The notes beneath the pieces were generated by a model that worked only from the letters and a program-made list of their open reading frames with translations, was not told the origin of the DNA and searched no databases. Shown piece by piece: positions 41,054 through 52,932 of a DNA stretch of 64,000 nucleotides (within the stretch, counting starts at the first letter, position 1; every line of letters begins with the position of its first letter). This stretch comes from Ignavibacteriota bacterium. GTDB lineage: Bacteria; Bacteroidota; Ignavibacteria; Palsa-1295. The position numbers and the translations under genes were made by a program. The stretch covers positions 292,313-356,312 of the forward strand of contig CAWBEI010000005.1 of the NCBI GenBank assembly GCA_963787835.1. Direction: 5' to 3'.

Positions 41054-42568
41054 TTATGCGTTTGCTTCTTCCTTCAACATTTGCGTCAGAAGCCGCACGC
41101 CGACTCCGGTGCCGCCTTTGGGAATGTAATCGCCGTTAGAATCGGAGATCGCGGTACCTGCAATATCCAAATGCACCCACGGGTAGTTCGTGAAGCGTTT
41201 TAAGAACATTGCCGCAGTGATGGCACCAGCCCAACGCCCGCCAACATTTTTGATGTCTGCCACGTCGGATTTAATAAGCTCATCGTATTCGTCATAGATG
41301 GGAAGCTCGCAGACGCGCTCGTAAGTGCTATCGCCAGCGCGTTTCAGGCGTTCCATCATCGAGCTATCATTTCCCATCATGCCCGTGGTAACATGTCCGA
41401 GTGCAACAACGCACGCTCCGGTCAGTGTTGCAAGATCGATCACGGATTTCGGCTTGTATCGTTCCGCCCAGATCAAAGCATCGGCTAAGACGAGACGACC
41501 TTCGGCGTCCGTGTTATCGACCTCAACAGAAAGTCCGTTCGAATAGGTCAAAATATCGCCAGGCCGCATTGCTGTGCCCGATGGCATATTTTCTGCGCTT
41601 GAAACAAGTCCGACGACATTCACCGGAAGCTTCAGCGATGCTACAGATTTCAGGGTCGCAATAACAGTTGCTGCTCCGGACATATCACCCTTCATTTCGC
41701 CCATGCCAGCCGCAGGTTTGATGGAAATGCCACCGGTATCGAATGTAATTCCTTTGCCGACTAAGACGATCGGAGCTGTATCCGATTTTGGGGCTCCACG
41801 ATATTCCATCATAATGAAGCGTGCCTCTTTCGCGCTTCCTTGATTCACGCCGAGAATTCCGACCATCTTATTAGCCGTAAGTTCCTTCGGTCCAAAAATA
41901 GTTACCTTAACTCCGTGTTCGCGGCCCACTTCCTTCGCCCAGTTCGCCAGCGTTTCAGGATATTTGTTATTAGAAGGCTCATTCTCCATGTCACGTGCGA
42001 AGATCGCAGCGGTGGTGATGGTTTCCGCTTCATCCATTGCAGCTTTTACTTCGGCAGAACTTGAACCCTGAAGGCTTTCACCATCTTCGAGAATGGTGAC
42101 GCTATCAAGCAGAACTTTGGGCTCTTCCTTCTTGAAAAATTTATCGAACTTGTAAAGTCCGAGCATCACGCCTTCGACAACGGCGGCTGCGATCTGAGCG
42201 CCGGAGGCTCCGTTCACGGATGGCAGTGTGATCGCCAGCGATTTCGATTTCAGGCCCTGAGCTTTCTTGGCCGCGCGCGCGGCTCCACGGCGAACGGTTT
42301 CGAGCGAAAGCTTATCGGTCTTGCCAAGCCCAATTAACAGGACGCGCTTTGCTGAGGCTTCCGTTTTTTTAGGATAAAGCACGAACAGCTCATCCTTCTT
42401 GCCGGCCATATCTCCGGCGGCAAGCAAGGCTTCGGCTGTTGCTGCGGCGGAGGTTCGTCCGAGCATTTTTATCGTGGCGTTTACGCTCTTCTTGTCTTCG
42501 GACTGAAAAAATGCGACGGTGGTGTTCCGGACCTTGTTCCAGGAGGTTTTTTGAATGCTAAAGTTCAT
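41054..42568 (-). CDS. pepA: Leucyl aminopeptidase (M17)
   Basis: VGKGITFDTGG, MKGDMSGAA, NTDAEGRLVLAD, DLATLTGA. Confidence 0.97.
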   Translation of the reverse strand: MNFSIQKTSWNKVRNTTVAFFQSEDKKSVNATIKMLGRTSAAATAEALLAAGDMAGKKDELFVLYPKKTEASAKRVLLIGLGKTDKLSLETVRRGAARAAKKAQGLKSKSLAITLPSVNGASGAQIAAAVVEGVMLGLYKFDKFFKKEEPKVLLDSVTILEDGESLQGSSSAEVKAAMDEAETITTAAIFARDMENEPSNNKYPETLANWAKEVGREHGVKVTIFGPKELTANKMVGILGVNQGSAKEARFIMMEYRGAPKSDTAPIVLVGKGITFDTGGISIKPAAGMGEMKGDMSGAATVIATLKSVASLKLPVNVVGLVSSAENMPSGTAMRPGDILTYSNGLSVEVDNTDAEGRLVLADALIWAERYKPKSVIDLATLTGACVVALGHVTTGMMGNDSSMMERLKRAGDSTYERVCELPIYDEYDELIKSDVADIKNVGGRWAGAITAAMFLKRFTNYPWVHLDIAGTAISDSNGDYIPKGGTGVGVRLLTQMLKEEANA

Positions 42569-42762
42569 AGAGGAATCGAATTTAAAATATGATAATAGTA
42601 GTACCCAAACGGGTGAATTCATGCCGGTGCGAACGTCCTGAACGCATGGTCATGCCTAAGTTGTCCTACAAAGTTACGAAATTCTTACCGTGTTCGTGAT
42701 GGAGTTGCTAGGAGGGCTTCGAAATCGGGAACCGAGCACGGCACGTGCGCGGTTCACCGGAC

Positions 42763-44187
42763 ATGTTTGCTAGAACGAATAGGAGCACCAAAGTTATTCG
42801 TTTGTTTTTTCTCTTTAGCCTCATTTTGGCTTCGTTTCCTGCCCATGCTCAAAAAAAAGGGCATAGCGTTATTGGGAGCACGGTCGTGATCCCTCCTCCT
42901 TCCGGCGATACATCCAGCGAGTCCATTAAATTTGAACGGATCAATCTGGGGCCGAATATTAATTCTCAGTATAGTGAATTGTACCCGATCCTGACTCCGG
43001 ATGAAACGATCATGTTCTTTTCTCGAAAGGGTGATCCAACGAACGCTGGTTATGCCAAGAATCCGAATGACGAGGATATCTGGTATTCCGCTCGCAAGGC
43101 CGATGGCTCCTGGAGCAAAGCCGAACGCCTTCCAGGGCCGCTCAACACCGCAAATTATGATGGCGTAAGGGCTATCAATAGCACGGCTACACGCTTATAT
43201 CTACAAAATATCTATAATCCCGATGGAACGGGTGCAAAAGGGTTTTCCGTCTCTCAGAAGCAGCCGGATGGCTCCTGGGCTTTTCCTGAACCGCTGGAAA
43301 TTCAGAATTATTATAACGACACCACCACGGCAATGATGACCATTTCCAGTGATGAGAAGACAATGATCCTCGCAGTCCAACGGAAGGATACCAAAGGGCA
43401 GCATGATCTGTACGTCTCGCATAATCTTGGCGGTTTGCGCTGGTCCCGGCCATTACCGATCACGGAACTCAACACGCCGCTGGATGAGATCTCGCCATTT
43501 CTTGCCTACGATGACCACACGCTCTATTTCTCCACAAATGGGCGCGGGGGATATGGGGGGTACGATATTTTTGTTTGTCGGAGGCTGGATGATAGCTGGA
43601 TGCATTGGACCGTCCCACGCAATCTTGGGGAGCCGGTCAATACACCGTCGTTCGATGCCTATTTTATTCTTGGTGCTCAAGGTGATACGGCATATTTCTC
43701 CAGCTCTCATGAAAGCTCCACGAAGGGATTTGGGAAAAGCGATATTTGGAAGCTTGCGCTCAAACCCGAGTTAAGGCCGGGTTTTCATTTGCCAAAGGGA
43801 GACGTATTCGATCCCAAACTTACTGCAAAAGATATGGAGGGTTCACTCTTTCGGCTTGACGGAGTATTTTTCGATGTCGGGCACAGCACACCCACTGCAC
43901 AATCCTTGCAATCCCTCAAGAAAATGGCGGATGTCATGAAACGGATACCAACGATCAAACTTGAAGTGCAGGGACACACCGATGCCGATGGTGACCCCGA
44001 CCGGAATTTGATGCTTTCACAACAACGCGCCGAATCCGTCTGTCATTTTCTGATGGAGCAGGGAATCGCTCCCGATCGCCTGACGGCAAAAGGTTACGGC
44101 ATGACGCGTCCCATCGCGCCTAATGATACGCAGGCTGGTAAAGCGCTCAATCGAAGAGTGATGATCGAGGTTAAGAACGAAGGGTAG
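42763..44187 (+). CDS. OmpA-family protein with PD40 repeats
   Basis: PD40/WD40-like repeats (LYFSTNGRGGYGGYDIF); OmpA domain GHTD...LSQQRA...NRRV. Confidence 0.9.
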   Translation: MFARTNRSTKVIRLFFLFSLILASFPAHAQKKGHSVIGSTVVIPPPSGDTSSESIKFERINLGPNINSQYSELYPILTPDETIMFFSRKGDPTNAGYAKNPNDEDIWYSARKADGSWSKAERLPGPLNTANYDGVRAINSTATRLYLQNIYNPDGTGAKGFSVSQKQPDGSWAFPEPLEIQNYYNDTTTAMMTISSDEKTMILAVQRKDTKGQHDLYVSHNLGGLRWSRPLPITELNTPLDEISPFLAYDDHTLYFSTNGRGGYGGYDIFVCRRLDDSWMHWTVPRNLGEPVNTPSFDAYFILGAQGDTAYFSSSHESSTKGFGKSDIWKLALKPELRPGFHLPKGDVFDPKLTAKDMEGSLFRLDGVFFDVGHSTPTAQSLQSLKKMADVMKRIPTIKLEVQGHTDADGDPDRNLMLSQQRAESVCHFLMEQGIAPDRLTAKGYGMTRPIAPNDTQAGKALNRRVMIEVKNEG

Positions 44188-44320
44188 GAAGGTTCCATAC
44201 ATTAAACGGATGCAGAGCAAATCTACCAAGTGGAACGGTTGGGTCGATGTGCCACGTTGCGAAGTAACTAATGTTGATTCGAGCGAGTCGGATTGCATCT
44301 AGAAGCTCGTTGTTACATGA

Positions 44321-44989
44321 TTGGTTTTAGAGATGGGAGTTTTAGGGACATATAAAATTCGAATAGCTAGCGCATTAATCCTTGTATGGATAATATTCAT
44401 GCAACCTTTCACAGTCCATTCACAACAAGAAATTCCCTTTAAAAAGGTTGCAGATTCTTCAAGCGTTATTCAAAATCAAAATAAATATTTATGGCTCATG
44501 GCTTGCTTCTCTATCGATGTTGTTCAGCCGTATGTTGGAGATGGAGAAAATCCGGCAGGAATTTCGTGGAAATTCGGAGGAATCTGGCACTCTTATACAG
44601 CCCTCTTTACAATTCATGAGACTGGAGGATCTTTTCCCTCTGGATCTCCCTCTTCGGAATATCGCTCTGATTATGCTCTTCTTCTTGGGCTTTCGAAACG
44701 GATGGATTATTTATTCATGAGTGCCACAGCAGGAATAAGTAGCGTAAATTATCAGAAGAGAGGCGCGTTGCTTATTCCTGGTACCAGTTCAGACAATGGT
44801 ACCTACCAACAACTAAATGGAACTACTTTTGGACTCGCAGGTTCCTTGGATATCTATTTCACACCTGTCCCTCTCATCGGAATTCCAGGAATAGGTTTCT
44901 ATGGCAGTTGGTCGAAAACTGAAAGTTATTTTGCATTCGAAATCTCGCTTCTTCAAATTAACGTCCCCCTTCAGTTTTCTACGAATTAA
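44321..44989 (+). CDS. Hypothetical outer-membrane/exported protein
   Basis: Hydrophobic N-terminus, beta-strand pattern; AT-rich. Confidence 0.55.
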   Translation: MVLEMGVLGTYKIRIASALILVWIIFMQPFTVHSQQEIPFKKVADSSSVIQNQNKYLWLMACFSIDVVQPYVGDGENPAGISWKFGGIWHSYTALFTIHETGGSFPSGSPSSEYRSDYALLLGLSKRMDYLFMSATAGISSVNYQKRGALLIPGTSSDNGTYQQLNGTTFGLAGSLDIYFTPVPLIGIPGIGFYGSWSKTESYFAFEISLLQINVPLQFSTN

Positions 44990-45162
44990 CCAGGCGCAAG
45001 TTTATGAATTATGAATTCAACAAATATCGAGACTAAGATAATTGGCGAAATTGGCTCGAAACAAGAGTGGTTGGAAACTCGGACAAAGAAAACGGCACCC
45101 GTTTCTGATAGGAAGGTAAATCCATTATTACTGTGTAGCGATAGGCCTTTTTAATTTTCAAC

Positions 45163-45906
45163 TCATTTATTAGACATGGTATTCTTTATCACAAATGTTG
45201 CATCGAGATGGGATTGACGTCCTTTTTTGAGGAGATCGTTTAGCCCGAACACACGCTCCTGGCCGCCGGATATTTGCTTGATCTTCTTATCATGAGGTTT
45301 CTCCAGATCTGGAGAAAATACACGATAGTACATTTTCAGGCCATTAAAATTATCCTGAATACCGGGTATATCCATACTCATAAAGCCTTCCGCTTTTTGA
45401 CGAGCATAGAACATCAAATTTATCAGATCTTTCGATCTCGTTACGTTAAGACGTACGTCATCGGAATCCTCGGATGGAGAAGCAGACCCATTCGAAATGG
45501 ACGCTTTGTTCATGACATGAAAAGCCCCGGGAAGAGAATCGACACTTGTGACCGTTACTTCCATCGAGAAAAACGTCATACTATCAATGGTGGTATCGCG
45601 GACATCGAACGCGGTAATACCGTTCTTCCCGATAATGTGTTGAAATTGAATGAGCGAATCACGTTTATTGGCGAACATGTGCCGGATCGAATCAACGATC
45701 ATGTTTGGCGTGACCGTGACCGTGGAATCTCCGAGAGATGCGACACCGGAGAGTTCCTGAAAGAACTCATTGCTGAACCCGATCGTCTGACGGACCGCGA
45801 ACGTCCCGTTCGGATTCTGGACGACATCGTAATAAAAATCGAAACAGCCATTAAAGGAAAATGAGGAACACAATAACGCGAGAAAGCACAATGAACGTAT
45901 TCGCAT
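45163..45906 (-). CDS. Hypothetical lipoprotein
   Basis: Lipobox FNGC followed by VVQNPNGT. Confidence 0.65.
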   Translation of the reverse strand: MRIRSLCFLALLCSSFSFNGCFDFYYDVVQNPNGTFAVRQTIGFSNEFFQELSGVASLGDSTVTVTPNMIVDSIRHMFANKRDSLIQFQHIIGKNGITAFDVRDTTIDSMTFFSMEVTVTSVDSLPGAFHVMNKASISNGSASPSEDSDDVRLNVTRSKDLINLMFYARQKAEGFMSMDIPGIQDNFNGLKMYYRVFSPDLEKPHDKKIKQISGGQERVFGLNDLLKKGRQSHLDATFVIKNTMSNK

Positions 45907-46043
45907 ATCACAAAAGATAGTAAATGTGTCCATCCATGAACACTGTTTCTATAACACGTCAGTGATAAGTTATATGCCGTTGGGAGATAGTGGGCACCTA
46001 TTTCATGAAGAATAACTTTCGAATGGAGCGTTCAACATTATAA

Positions 46044-47346
46044 ATGGCAGATATCAAATCAGGACGAGCGACGCCTCCGCGTGAAACGCGCGGAGTGGGG
46101 GCTTCGCGTCTGCCGCGTTCGGCAAATATTAAGCTTGCGTTATTGGCAGCCTCGGTGCTGATCGTGCTCGGTACGTTACTCTATGCCCACAGCCTGGTGA
46201 CCCAGCTTCGAGATAGGGAATACCGGGTCGTCAAGCTTTTTTCAGAATCGGTGAAATATTATACCAATGCCGAGGAAACCCCGGACGATTCCTTATACCG
46301 GATGATCATCCATTATGCACGATCGAGCGAGGTTCCGGTCATTCTCACCGACCGGCACGACGATCCGAGTGTCCGGCATTTTAATGAGACGAATTGGAAC
46401 GTTCCATACGATTCTTCACTCGATTCATCTGCGCAACTGGCATTCCTTCGTGAAGAAATGCGGGAAATGGACCGGGTGTACCATCCAATCCCGGTTTACT
46501 TTCACGATTCTGCCGAACGTCCGGATATGGTGACGGAGTATATCCACTATGGCAACAGTCTGGTGCTCTCGAAGATCGAATCGTTACCGTACGAACAGCT
46601 CTTGCTTGGGATGGTCGTGGTGGTGATCGGGTATCTGAGCTTTAGCTATTTCAAAGCGAAGCGAGCAATCGAATATCTGGGTCGGCATGGCGAAGGAAAC
46701 AGCGCATCAATTGGGAACACCGCTTTCCAGCTTGCTGGGCTGGGCAGAAATGCTTCGGCTTTCGGCAACCCAGCCGCAGGAAGTCGAGAATATCTCGCGA
46801 GAGATCGACCGGGATGTCGAACGCCTAAATCGCGTAACGGTTCGCTTTTCGAAGATCGGTTCCGTTCCCGATCTGAGGTTACAGAATGTCGTGCAAGTCG
46901 TAGCCGAAGTAATGAGCTATTTTGAGGGTCGGGGCATTGTGGCAACCACCCCGCAGCTTCGCAAGAATATCAAGCTTGAACTGTTGACGGATGAAGATGA
47001 AATTCTGGTAAAGATCAATAGGGAATTGTTCGAGTGGGTGATCGAGAATTTAATAAAGAATGCCTATGAAGCGATCGAAGGTTCGGAGGGTTCGATCCAG
47101 GTGAGCATTCATAAGACACCACGGCAAGAAGCCGTATTCATAGATGTAACAGATACCGGCAAAGGTATCCTGTTACGAAAGAAGAACGATGTTTTCCGCC
47201 CGGGTTACTCCACCAAAAAGCGTGGCTGGGGGCTGGGCTTATCACTTGCGCTGAGAATTATTCAGGAATATCATCACGGCAAGCTTTTTGTGAAAGAAAC
47301 CCAGCCGGGGAGGGGAACTACGTTTAGAATTCGGCTGGGATTGTGA
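46044..47346 (+). CDS. Sensor histidine kinase (single-base frameshift at ~46654)
   Basis: Two TMs; removing one A restores YFKRSEQSNIWVGMAKETAHQLGTP; ENLIKNA, DTGKG, GWGLGLS. Confidence 0.9.
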
Positions 47347-47357
47347 TAGATGCCGAA

Positions 47358-48137
47358 TTACGCTGGCAATTCCTCGTACATTTTTCTTAATCGCTTTAGA
47401 TCTTCCCAGGCACCATGCTTCCAATCGGGGTTGCGCATGAGCGCTGCGGGGTGATATGTAACGACAACCGGAATGCCGCAAAAATTGTAGTCCTGATTTC
47501 GCATTTTGCCGAGCGATTCGGTGATCTTCAATAGGTTCGTTCCGGCAATCCTGCCGAGGCACAGAATAAGCTTTGGCTGGATGAGCGAAATTTGTTTCCA
47601 AAGATAGGGTTCGCACGCGGCAACTTCCTCCGGCTTTGGATCGCGATTGTTCGGCGGCCGCGATTTCAGGATGTTCGCAATGAATACTTCCTCGCGTTTG
47701 AATTCGACTGCCGCAAGCATTTTATTCAGAAGCTGTCCTGCACGGCCAACGAAGGGCTCTCCGGAAGCATCTTCATCCGCGCCCGGAGCTTCACCAATGA
47801 CCATCACTTTAGCGTGAGGATCGCCAACGCCGAAGACAAATTTGATCCTCGTAGCACCCAAACCGCACTTTTGGCAATCGTGGATCTTGGATTCCAATTC
47901 TTCGAGGGTTTTGGCACCGAACCACGGTTCCGATCTGTGTGGGCTTGGCTTTTCTTGTAAAATACTTAATTCGACAGTGGGGGCTGAGGTTTTGGAACTC
48001 ATGAATGGCGGTGGAATTTCGGGTTTTGATTTCTTGGCAGGAACGTAAGAAATGACATCGCCAAAGCGCGATGCCTGCTCTTTTACAAAGCGTTCGAGTT
48101 GGGAGGATAAGTCTGTTTCGGGTGGTGTTGTGCTCAT
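47358..48137 (-). CDS. Uracil-DNA glycosylase family 4
   Basis: [36 protein letters not shown]. Confidence 0.95.
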   Translation of the reverse strand: MSTTPPETDLSSQLERFVKEQASRFGDVISYVPAKKSKPEIPPPFMSSKTSAPTVELSILQEKPSPHRSEPWFGAKTLEELESKIHDCQKCGLGATRIKFVFGVGDPHAKVMVIGEAPGADEDASGEPFVGRAGQLLNKMLAAVEFKREEVFIANILKSRPPNNRDPKPEEVAACEPYLWKQISLIQPKLILCLGRIAGTNLLKITESLGKMRNQDYNFCGIPVVVTYHPAALMRNPDWKHGAWEDLKRLRKMYEELPA

Positions 48138-49357
48138 GGCAGGATAGTAGCTTCTTTTCGGTGTTGCGATACGTTGGGATAAGCTGATTCCAGTTGATCT
48201 TTGACTTTTTCACGTTCGGCATTCAGGCCATCTCTCAGGAAACGATTAATGTTCGTTCCGGCAGAGCCGATCTGCTCACCGGATACGTTCGGCGGAACAT
48301 ATCGTTTTGCAAGTTGAAAATGCACGTTCGATGCGGCAACATAATGCTTCATGACCTCATGAAGTTGCGTTGCGATCTGAAATTGTTGTTCTGCATCGAA
48401 TGCGTTCTGAATGAGGGAGACGAGCGACTGAGTAGGGACGGCAAGTTTCTGGATGACCATCATCATGAATTCGTAATCCTCCGGAAGCAGATATTTTTGA
48501 TGAAGATACGTGCTGGCCTGGAATTCATACGCGATCACTTCGGCGCTCGATTTTGCTTTTGCAATATAATTCCGTTCCGAGGGAGTGCCTTCGAACGCTT
48601 TTTGAAATACTTGCTTAAGATCGACTCCGAGCAAAAGATCAATGATATAAGACCAGGGCTGATCGCCGGCATTGACTCCGCGAAAGGCTTTACCGGCAAC
48701 GTTAACCTCTCCAAAATATTGTGTCAAAAACTTAAACTCTTCTCCTCCGGGAGTTTTTAACAGCGTTGCATTACCGAGCGATATTCGGTGGAATGCAGTT
48801 GCGGCTTTTTGCAAAAGGGACGTAATGGACTCAAGTGACGCAATTGTTTGGCGCAGTTGATCGAAAGAGTCAAACAATGCTTTTGCCGCAATGTTATATT
48901 GCACCGTTCCCTCGCGATTAACACGAATGAACGCTGTCTCGTATTCAGAGGGACGGAATTGCGCATGTTTCCCAGTTAGCTCAGGGATCTCTGGATTGTA
49001 CGATAAATAAAAGACCGAAAGAAAACGATGCTCGACGCCTATATTCCTGGCCAGTTCGATCATGGCATCTTCAACATACTTGAGCGACCAATGGAAGTTG
49101 ATTGGCAAGGATAACCCAGACTGTGCAAACCGTTTCTTATGATGATACAATGCAGCGTGCATCATCGAGATGTACGTAAATCGTTCTCGTCGATCGGTAA
49201 TCGTATCTTGGGTGATCGCGGAACAAGTCGGGATAGATTCCTCGGAAAGCGTAGTAAGCTCCGACACATTCCCATCGTCAATGCTCTGATTGAGTTGTGG
49301 AAATCTGTCTCGTATCCATCGTTTGTAATTTTCGGATGGGGTGGGAACCTCAGTCAT
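48134..49357 (-). CDS. Hypothetical protein, possibly PrnB/IDO-like heme dioxygenase fold
   Basis: LTQYFGEVNVAGKAFRGVNAGDQ...IDLLLG and H-x3-A-xx-Y...GSAGT tail reminiscent of the PrnB/IDO family. Confidence 0.45.
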   Translation of the reverse strand: MTEVPTPSENYKRWIRDRFPQLNQSIDDGNVSELTTLSEESIPTCSAITQDTITDRRERFTYISMMHAALYHHKKRFAQSGLSLPINFHWSLKYVEDAMIELARNIGVEHRFLSVFYLSYNPEIPELTGKHAQFRPSEYETAFIRVNREGTVQYNIAAKALFDSFDQLRQTIASLESITSLLQKAATAFHRISLGNATLLKTPGGEEFKFLTQYFGEVNVAGKAFRGVNAGDQPWSYIIDLLLGVDLKQVFQKAFEGTPSERNYIAKAKSSAEVIAYEFQASTYLHQKYLLPEDYEFMMMVIQKLAVPTQSLVSLIQNAFDAEQQFQIATQLHEVMKHYVAASNVHFQLAKRYVPPNVSGEQIGSAGTNINRFLRDGLNAEREKVKDQLESAYPNVSQHRKEATILP

Positions 49358-49367
49358 GCAATAATGT

Positions 49368-50804
49368 CTAATAATCTCGGACGCTCAGTTCTTTCAGTTG
49401 CTCGCGAATGATGTTTAGGCCAATGCTCAATTCATCTTTCGTAATATTCAGCGCAGGCCGGAAACGGATCGAGCGGTCGCCAGCGCCAATGAGGATCAGT
49501 CCTTCGTCATAGCATTTCTGTTTCAGGAGATCGCGCATTTGGGCTTCGGCAAGATCGAAGGCGCACATCAGGCCGCGTCCCCGAGCTTCGAACACCAGCG
49601 TGGGAAATTCTGATTGCAGCTTTTCAACTTCAGCAAGCAAGAATTCACCCTGGATGCGCGCATTTTCGACAAGGCCGTCTTCCTGAATTATTTCGAGGTA
49701 TCGTTTGAAGCGCAGCATATCGACCAGGTTCCCGCCCCAGGTGGAATTTAATCTGCCGGGACGCTGAAAAACGTTATCGCGTACTTCATCCACACGCTTG
49801 GAGGCAAGAATACCGCAAACCTGTGTCTTTTTTCCGAAGCTGATAATATCGGGCTCCACAAAATGCTGATGCGCCCACATTTTTCCCGTCAGGCCGATGC
49901 CGGTTTGTACTTCATCGAAAATAAGCAGCGCATCGTTCTCATCGGCAAGCTGCCGTAGTGAGCGCATAAATTCTACGCTGAAATGGTGATCTCCACCCTC
50001 CGCCTGAATGGGTTCGATGATGATCGCCGCGATGTCATCGGGATTGTTTATGAACGCTTCCTTTATTTGTTTAACGGCGGCAGCCTCGTCGCGCCGGGCA
50101 TTAGAAATATTTTCAGGCGTTAGTGGAAAATGAAGATAAGGGGATTCTATGCGCGGCCAATCTTTGAATTTTGGGAAATACAGCGTTTTGTTTGGGTCGG
50201 TATTCGTGAGGGACATGGTGTAGCCCGACCGGCCATGAAAGGCATATCGGAAATGCAGAATGAGTCTCCCACGCTCTTCGGTATAGCCGCGCGTAAAATT
50301 CTTTCGGACCTTCCAATCAAAAGCTGTTTTCAAAGCATTTTCGACTGCGAGGGCACCGCCTTCGATCAGGAAAAGATGCGGCAGGTATTCTGGAATTGCA
50401 ATTCGTGCGAATGTCTCGATAAATTCCGCCATTTCCACAGTGTAAGCGTCGGAGCTGGACGGCTTATTGATCGCGGCGCGCATCAGTTCCTCGATAAACT
50501 CCGGCTCGAACATTTTGGGATGGTTCAGACCGATGGGGCTTGAGCCAAAGAACGTAAAGAAATCGAGATACCGTTTGCCGCTACGTGCGTCTTCGATCCA
50601 CGAGCCTTTCGAATTTTTCAGATCGACGATGAGATCGAAGCCGTCGGCAAGGATGTGACGCAGGAGAGTCTCATGAACCTTCTCCGGCTCGATGTGCACA
50701 TGCTCGATCGTTTTTGTTGCCACCTGGGGCGATGAATGTGCAGCGGAATGCCCATTGGTCGCCACCGGCAATATCGTTGGCTTGGTTTCTTCAATGTGCT
50801 CCAT
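49368..50804 (-). CDS. lat: L-lysine 6-transaminase (class III aminotransferase)
   Basis: GALAVENALKTAFDWK, AFHGRSGY, EPIQAEGGD, DEVQTG, FGKKTQVCG, STWGGN. Confidence 0.93.
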   Translation of the reverse strand: MEHIEETKPTILPVATNGHSAAHSSPQVATKTIEHVHIEPEKVHETLLRHILADGFDLIVDLKNSKGSWIEDARSGKRYLDFFTFFGSSPIGLNHPKMFEPEFIEELMRAAINKPSSSDAYTVEMAEFIETFARIAIPEYLPHLFLIEGGALAVENALKTAFDWKVRKNFTRGYTEERGRLILHFRYAFHGRSGYTMSLTNTDPNKTLYFPKFKDWPRIESPYLHFPLTPENISNARRDEAAAVKQIKEAFINNPDDIAAIIIEPIQAEGGDHHFSVEFMRSLRQLADENDALLIFDEVQTGIGLTGKMWAHQHFVEPDIISFGKKTQVCGILASKRVDEVRDNVFQRPGRLNSTWGGNLVDMLRFKRYLEIIQEDGLVENARIQGEFLLAEVEKLQSEFPTLVFEARGRGLMCAFDLAEAQMRDLLKQKCYDEGLILIGAGDRSIRFRPALNITKDELSIGLNIIREQLKELSVRDY

Positions 50805-50841
50805 ATTAGGTGAACAAAGATGATGTGGTGAATCGTTTGAA

Positions 50842-51318
50842 ATGACTATGAATTCAAGATTTCGAGCAATAGTGGCAATTGCGGCTATTGTGATAGTCTC
50901 TGGCTGTAACGGTAATATTACGAATCCAATGGAGTCGCTCAATCCCGGCGCGCTTGCTGTAGATTTTCCGGATGGGAGCGAATTTCTTTCGTCGAGCGCT
51001 AAGGTGACGGATCAATCCAACGTCTATACTATCTCTGCGACCCGTGATGCTCCACTCCCACAGGATGAAATGTATATTACCATTCCAGAGAATCCTAATG
51101 GTGCCCCTTATACCGTGCAGGCTTCCGATGGTGTGATCGTGCAATATTATAATAACACCACCGGTACTACCTACGAAGCCAATTCCGCACAAGGTAGCTG
51201 TACGGTCACCGTGACGCAGATCTCGCCGACGTTCGAGGGGTCGTTCACGGCCACCACCGTATGTAACGATACCGTTCTCAAGCTGAGTAGCGGCTCATTC
51301 AATGCGACGTATCAGTAA
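50842..51318 (+). CDS. Hypothetical lipoprotein
   Basis: Lipobox VSGC; beta-rich, FEGSFTA...SGSFNA. Confidence 0.7.
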   Translation: MTMNSRFRAIVAIAAIVIVSGCNGNITNPMESLNPGALAVDFPDGSEFLSSSAKVTDQSNVYTISATRDAPLPQDEMYITIPENPNGAPYTVQASDGVIVQYYNNTTGTTYEANSAQGSCTVTVTQISPTFEGSFTATTVCNDTVLKLSSGSFNATYQ

Positions 51319-51327
51319 TTTTACTCA

Positions 51328-52869
51328 ATGAATACCGAAGAACTTTTAGTTCAATATCGTAAAGAGGCTCTGCTTGGAGGAGGCGAAAAGCGGATCGAGG
51401 ATCAGCATAACAAAGGGAAGCTTACTGCACGGGAACGGCTTGCGTTGTTGCTCGATGAGAATTCTTTCGAAGAGTTCGATATGTTCGTCCGGCATCGTTC
51501 TAAAGATTTTGGATTGGAAAAACAGCGTCCGCTTGGCGATGGCGTTGTAACAGGGTGCGGCAGAATCCATGGCCGTTTCGTATATGTATTCAGTCAGGAT
51601 TTCACCGTTTTCGGTGGCTCGCTTTCGGAAGCCCATGCGGAAAAGATCGTGAAGGTGATGGAAATGGCGATCCGCAATGGCGCGCCTGTTATTGGGCTAA
51701 ATGATTCCGGCGGTGCCCGCATTCAGGAGGGGGTGGTATCGCTCGGAGGGTATGCCGATATTTTTCTATTGAATACACTTGCTTCTGGGGTTGTCCCACA
51801 GATATCAGCGGTGCTTGGGCCGTGTGCGGGTGGTGCGGTGTATTCACCCGCGATCACCGATTTTGTATTCATGGCGCAAGGGACGAGCTACATGTTCGTC
51901 ACCGGACCGAACGTTACAAAAACAGTTACCCATGAAGATGTAACAAGCGAAGAATTAGGTGGCGCCGATACTCATGCCTCGAAATCGGGGGTTGCGCATT
52001 TCGCATTGCCGAACGAGCTTGAATGCCTGAACGGCATCCGAACGCTCTTGACCTATCTACCGCAGAATAATAAAGAGAAAGCGCCTCGGAACGAAACACA
52101 GGACGATCCCGCTCGCCTGTGTTCGGCGCTCGACACTATCATTCCGGACAGCCCCAATAAGCCGTACGATATGCGCGAGGTTATCCGCGAGATTGTCGAT
52201 CGGGAAAGTTTTTTTGAAGTACACGAGAATTTCGCCACGAATATTCTCGTCGGTTTCGCAAGATTAGATGGAGAATCCATTGGCATTATTGCAAATCAGC
52301 CGCTTTCGATGGCGGGTGTGCTCGATATTGATTCCGCTACAAAAGGCGGACGCTTCGTGCGCTTTTGCGATGCCTTTAATATTCCGCTGGTGGTGTTCGA
52401 GGATGTTCCGGGATTTTTACCGGGCACCGATCAGGAATGGCGGGGAATTATTCGGCATGGCGCAAAGCTGCTCTATGCGTTTGCCGAAGCGACAGTTCCT
52501 AAAGTTACCGTCATAACCCGTAAGGCGTATGGCGGAGCTTATGATGTCATGAACTCCAAGCATATTCGCGGCGACATTAACTATGCCTGGCCCAGCGCAG
52601 AGATCGCCGTGATGGGACCGAAGGGAGCGGTCGAAATTATTTTCAAGAAAGAAATTAGCGAGGCGAGCGACCCTGTTGCGAAAGAAGAAGAGTTGACTAA
52701 CGATTACCGAGAACGATTTGCCAGCCCCTTCATCGCTGCCGAGCGAGGATATGTGGATGATGTGATCGAGCCCTCCGAAACCCGTATCCGCCTCATTCGC
52801 GCAATGAAAATGCTTTCAACGAAGCAAGACACGAAACCATGGAAGAAGCATGGGAATATACCGTTGTAA
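51328..52869 (+). CDS. pccB: Acyl-CoA (propionyl-CoA) carboxylase beta subunit
   Basis: [44 protein letters not shown]. Confidence 0.95.
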   Translation: MNTEELLVQYRKEALLGGGEKRIEDQHNKGKLTARERLALLLDENSFEEFDMFVRHRSKDFGLEKQRPLGDGVVTGCGRIHGRFVYVFSQDFTVFGGSLSEAHAEKIVKVMEMAIRNGAPVIGLNDSGGARIQEGVVSLGGYADIFLLNTLASGVVPQISAVLGPCAGGAVYSPAITDFVFMAQGTSYMFVTGPNVTKTVTHEDVTSEELGGADTHASKSGVAHFALPNELECLNGIRTLLTYLPQNNKEKAPRNETQDDPARLCSALDTIIPDSPNKPYDMREVIREIVDRESFFEVHENFATNILVGFARLDGESIGIIANQPLSMAGVLDIDSATKGGRFVRFCDAFNIPLVVFEDVPGFLPGTDQEWRGIIRHGAKLLYAFAEATVPKVTVITRKAYGGAYDVMNSKHIRGDINYAWPSAEIAVMGPKGAVEIIFKKEISEASDPVAKEEELTNDYRERFASPFIAAERGYVDDVIEPSETRIRLIRAMKMLSTKQDTKPWKKHGNIPL

Positions 52870-52932
52870 GCTAGTCATTTTGCCGAAGAACAAAACTTTG
52901 CCTCTTTGGATTATAGCATACAAGGCAACACT

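Noticed and set aside
46640-46690. Histidine kinase split into two genes
   Set aside because: One extra A in a short A-run explains it; both halves look intact, so probably an assembly error.
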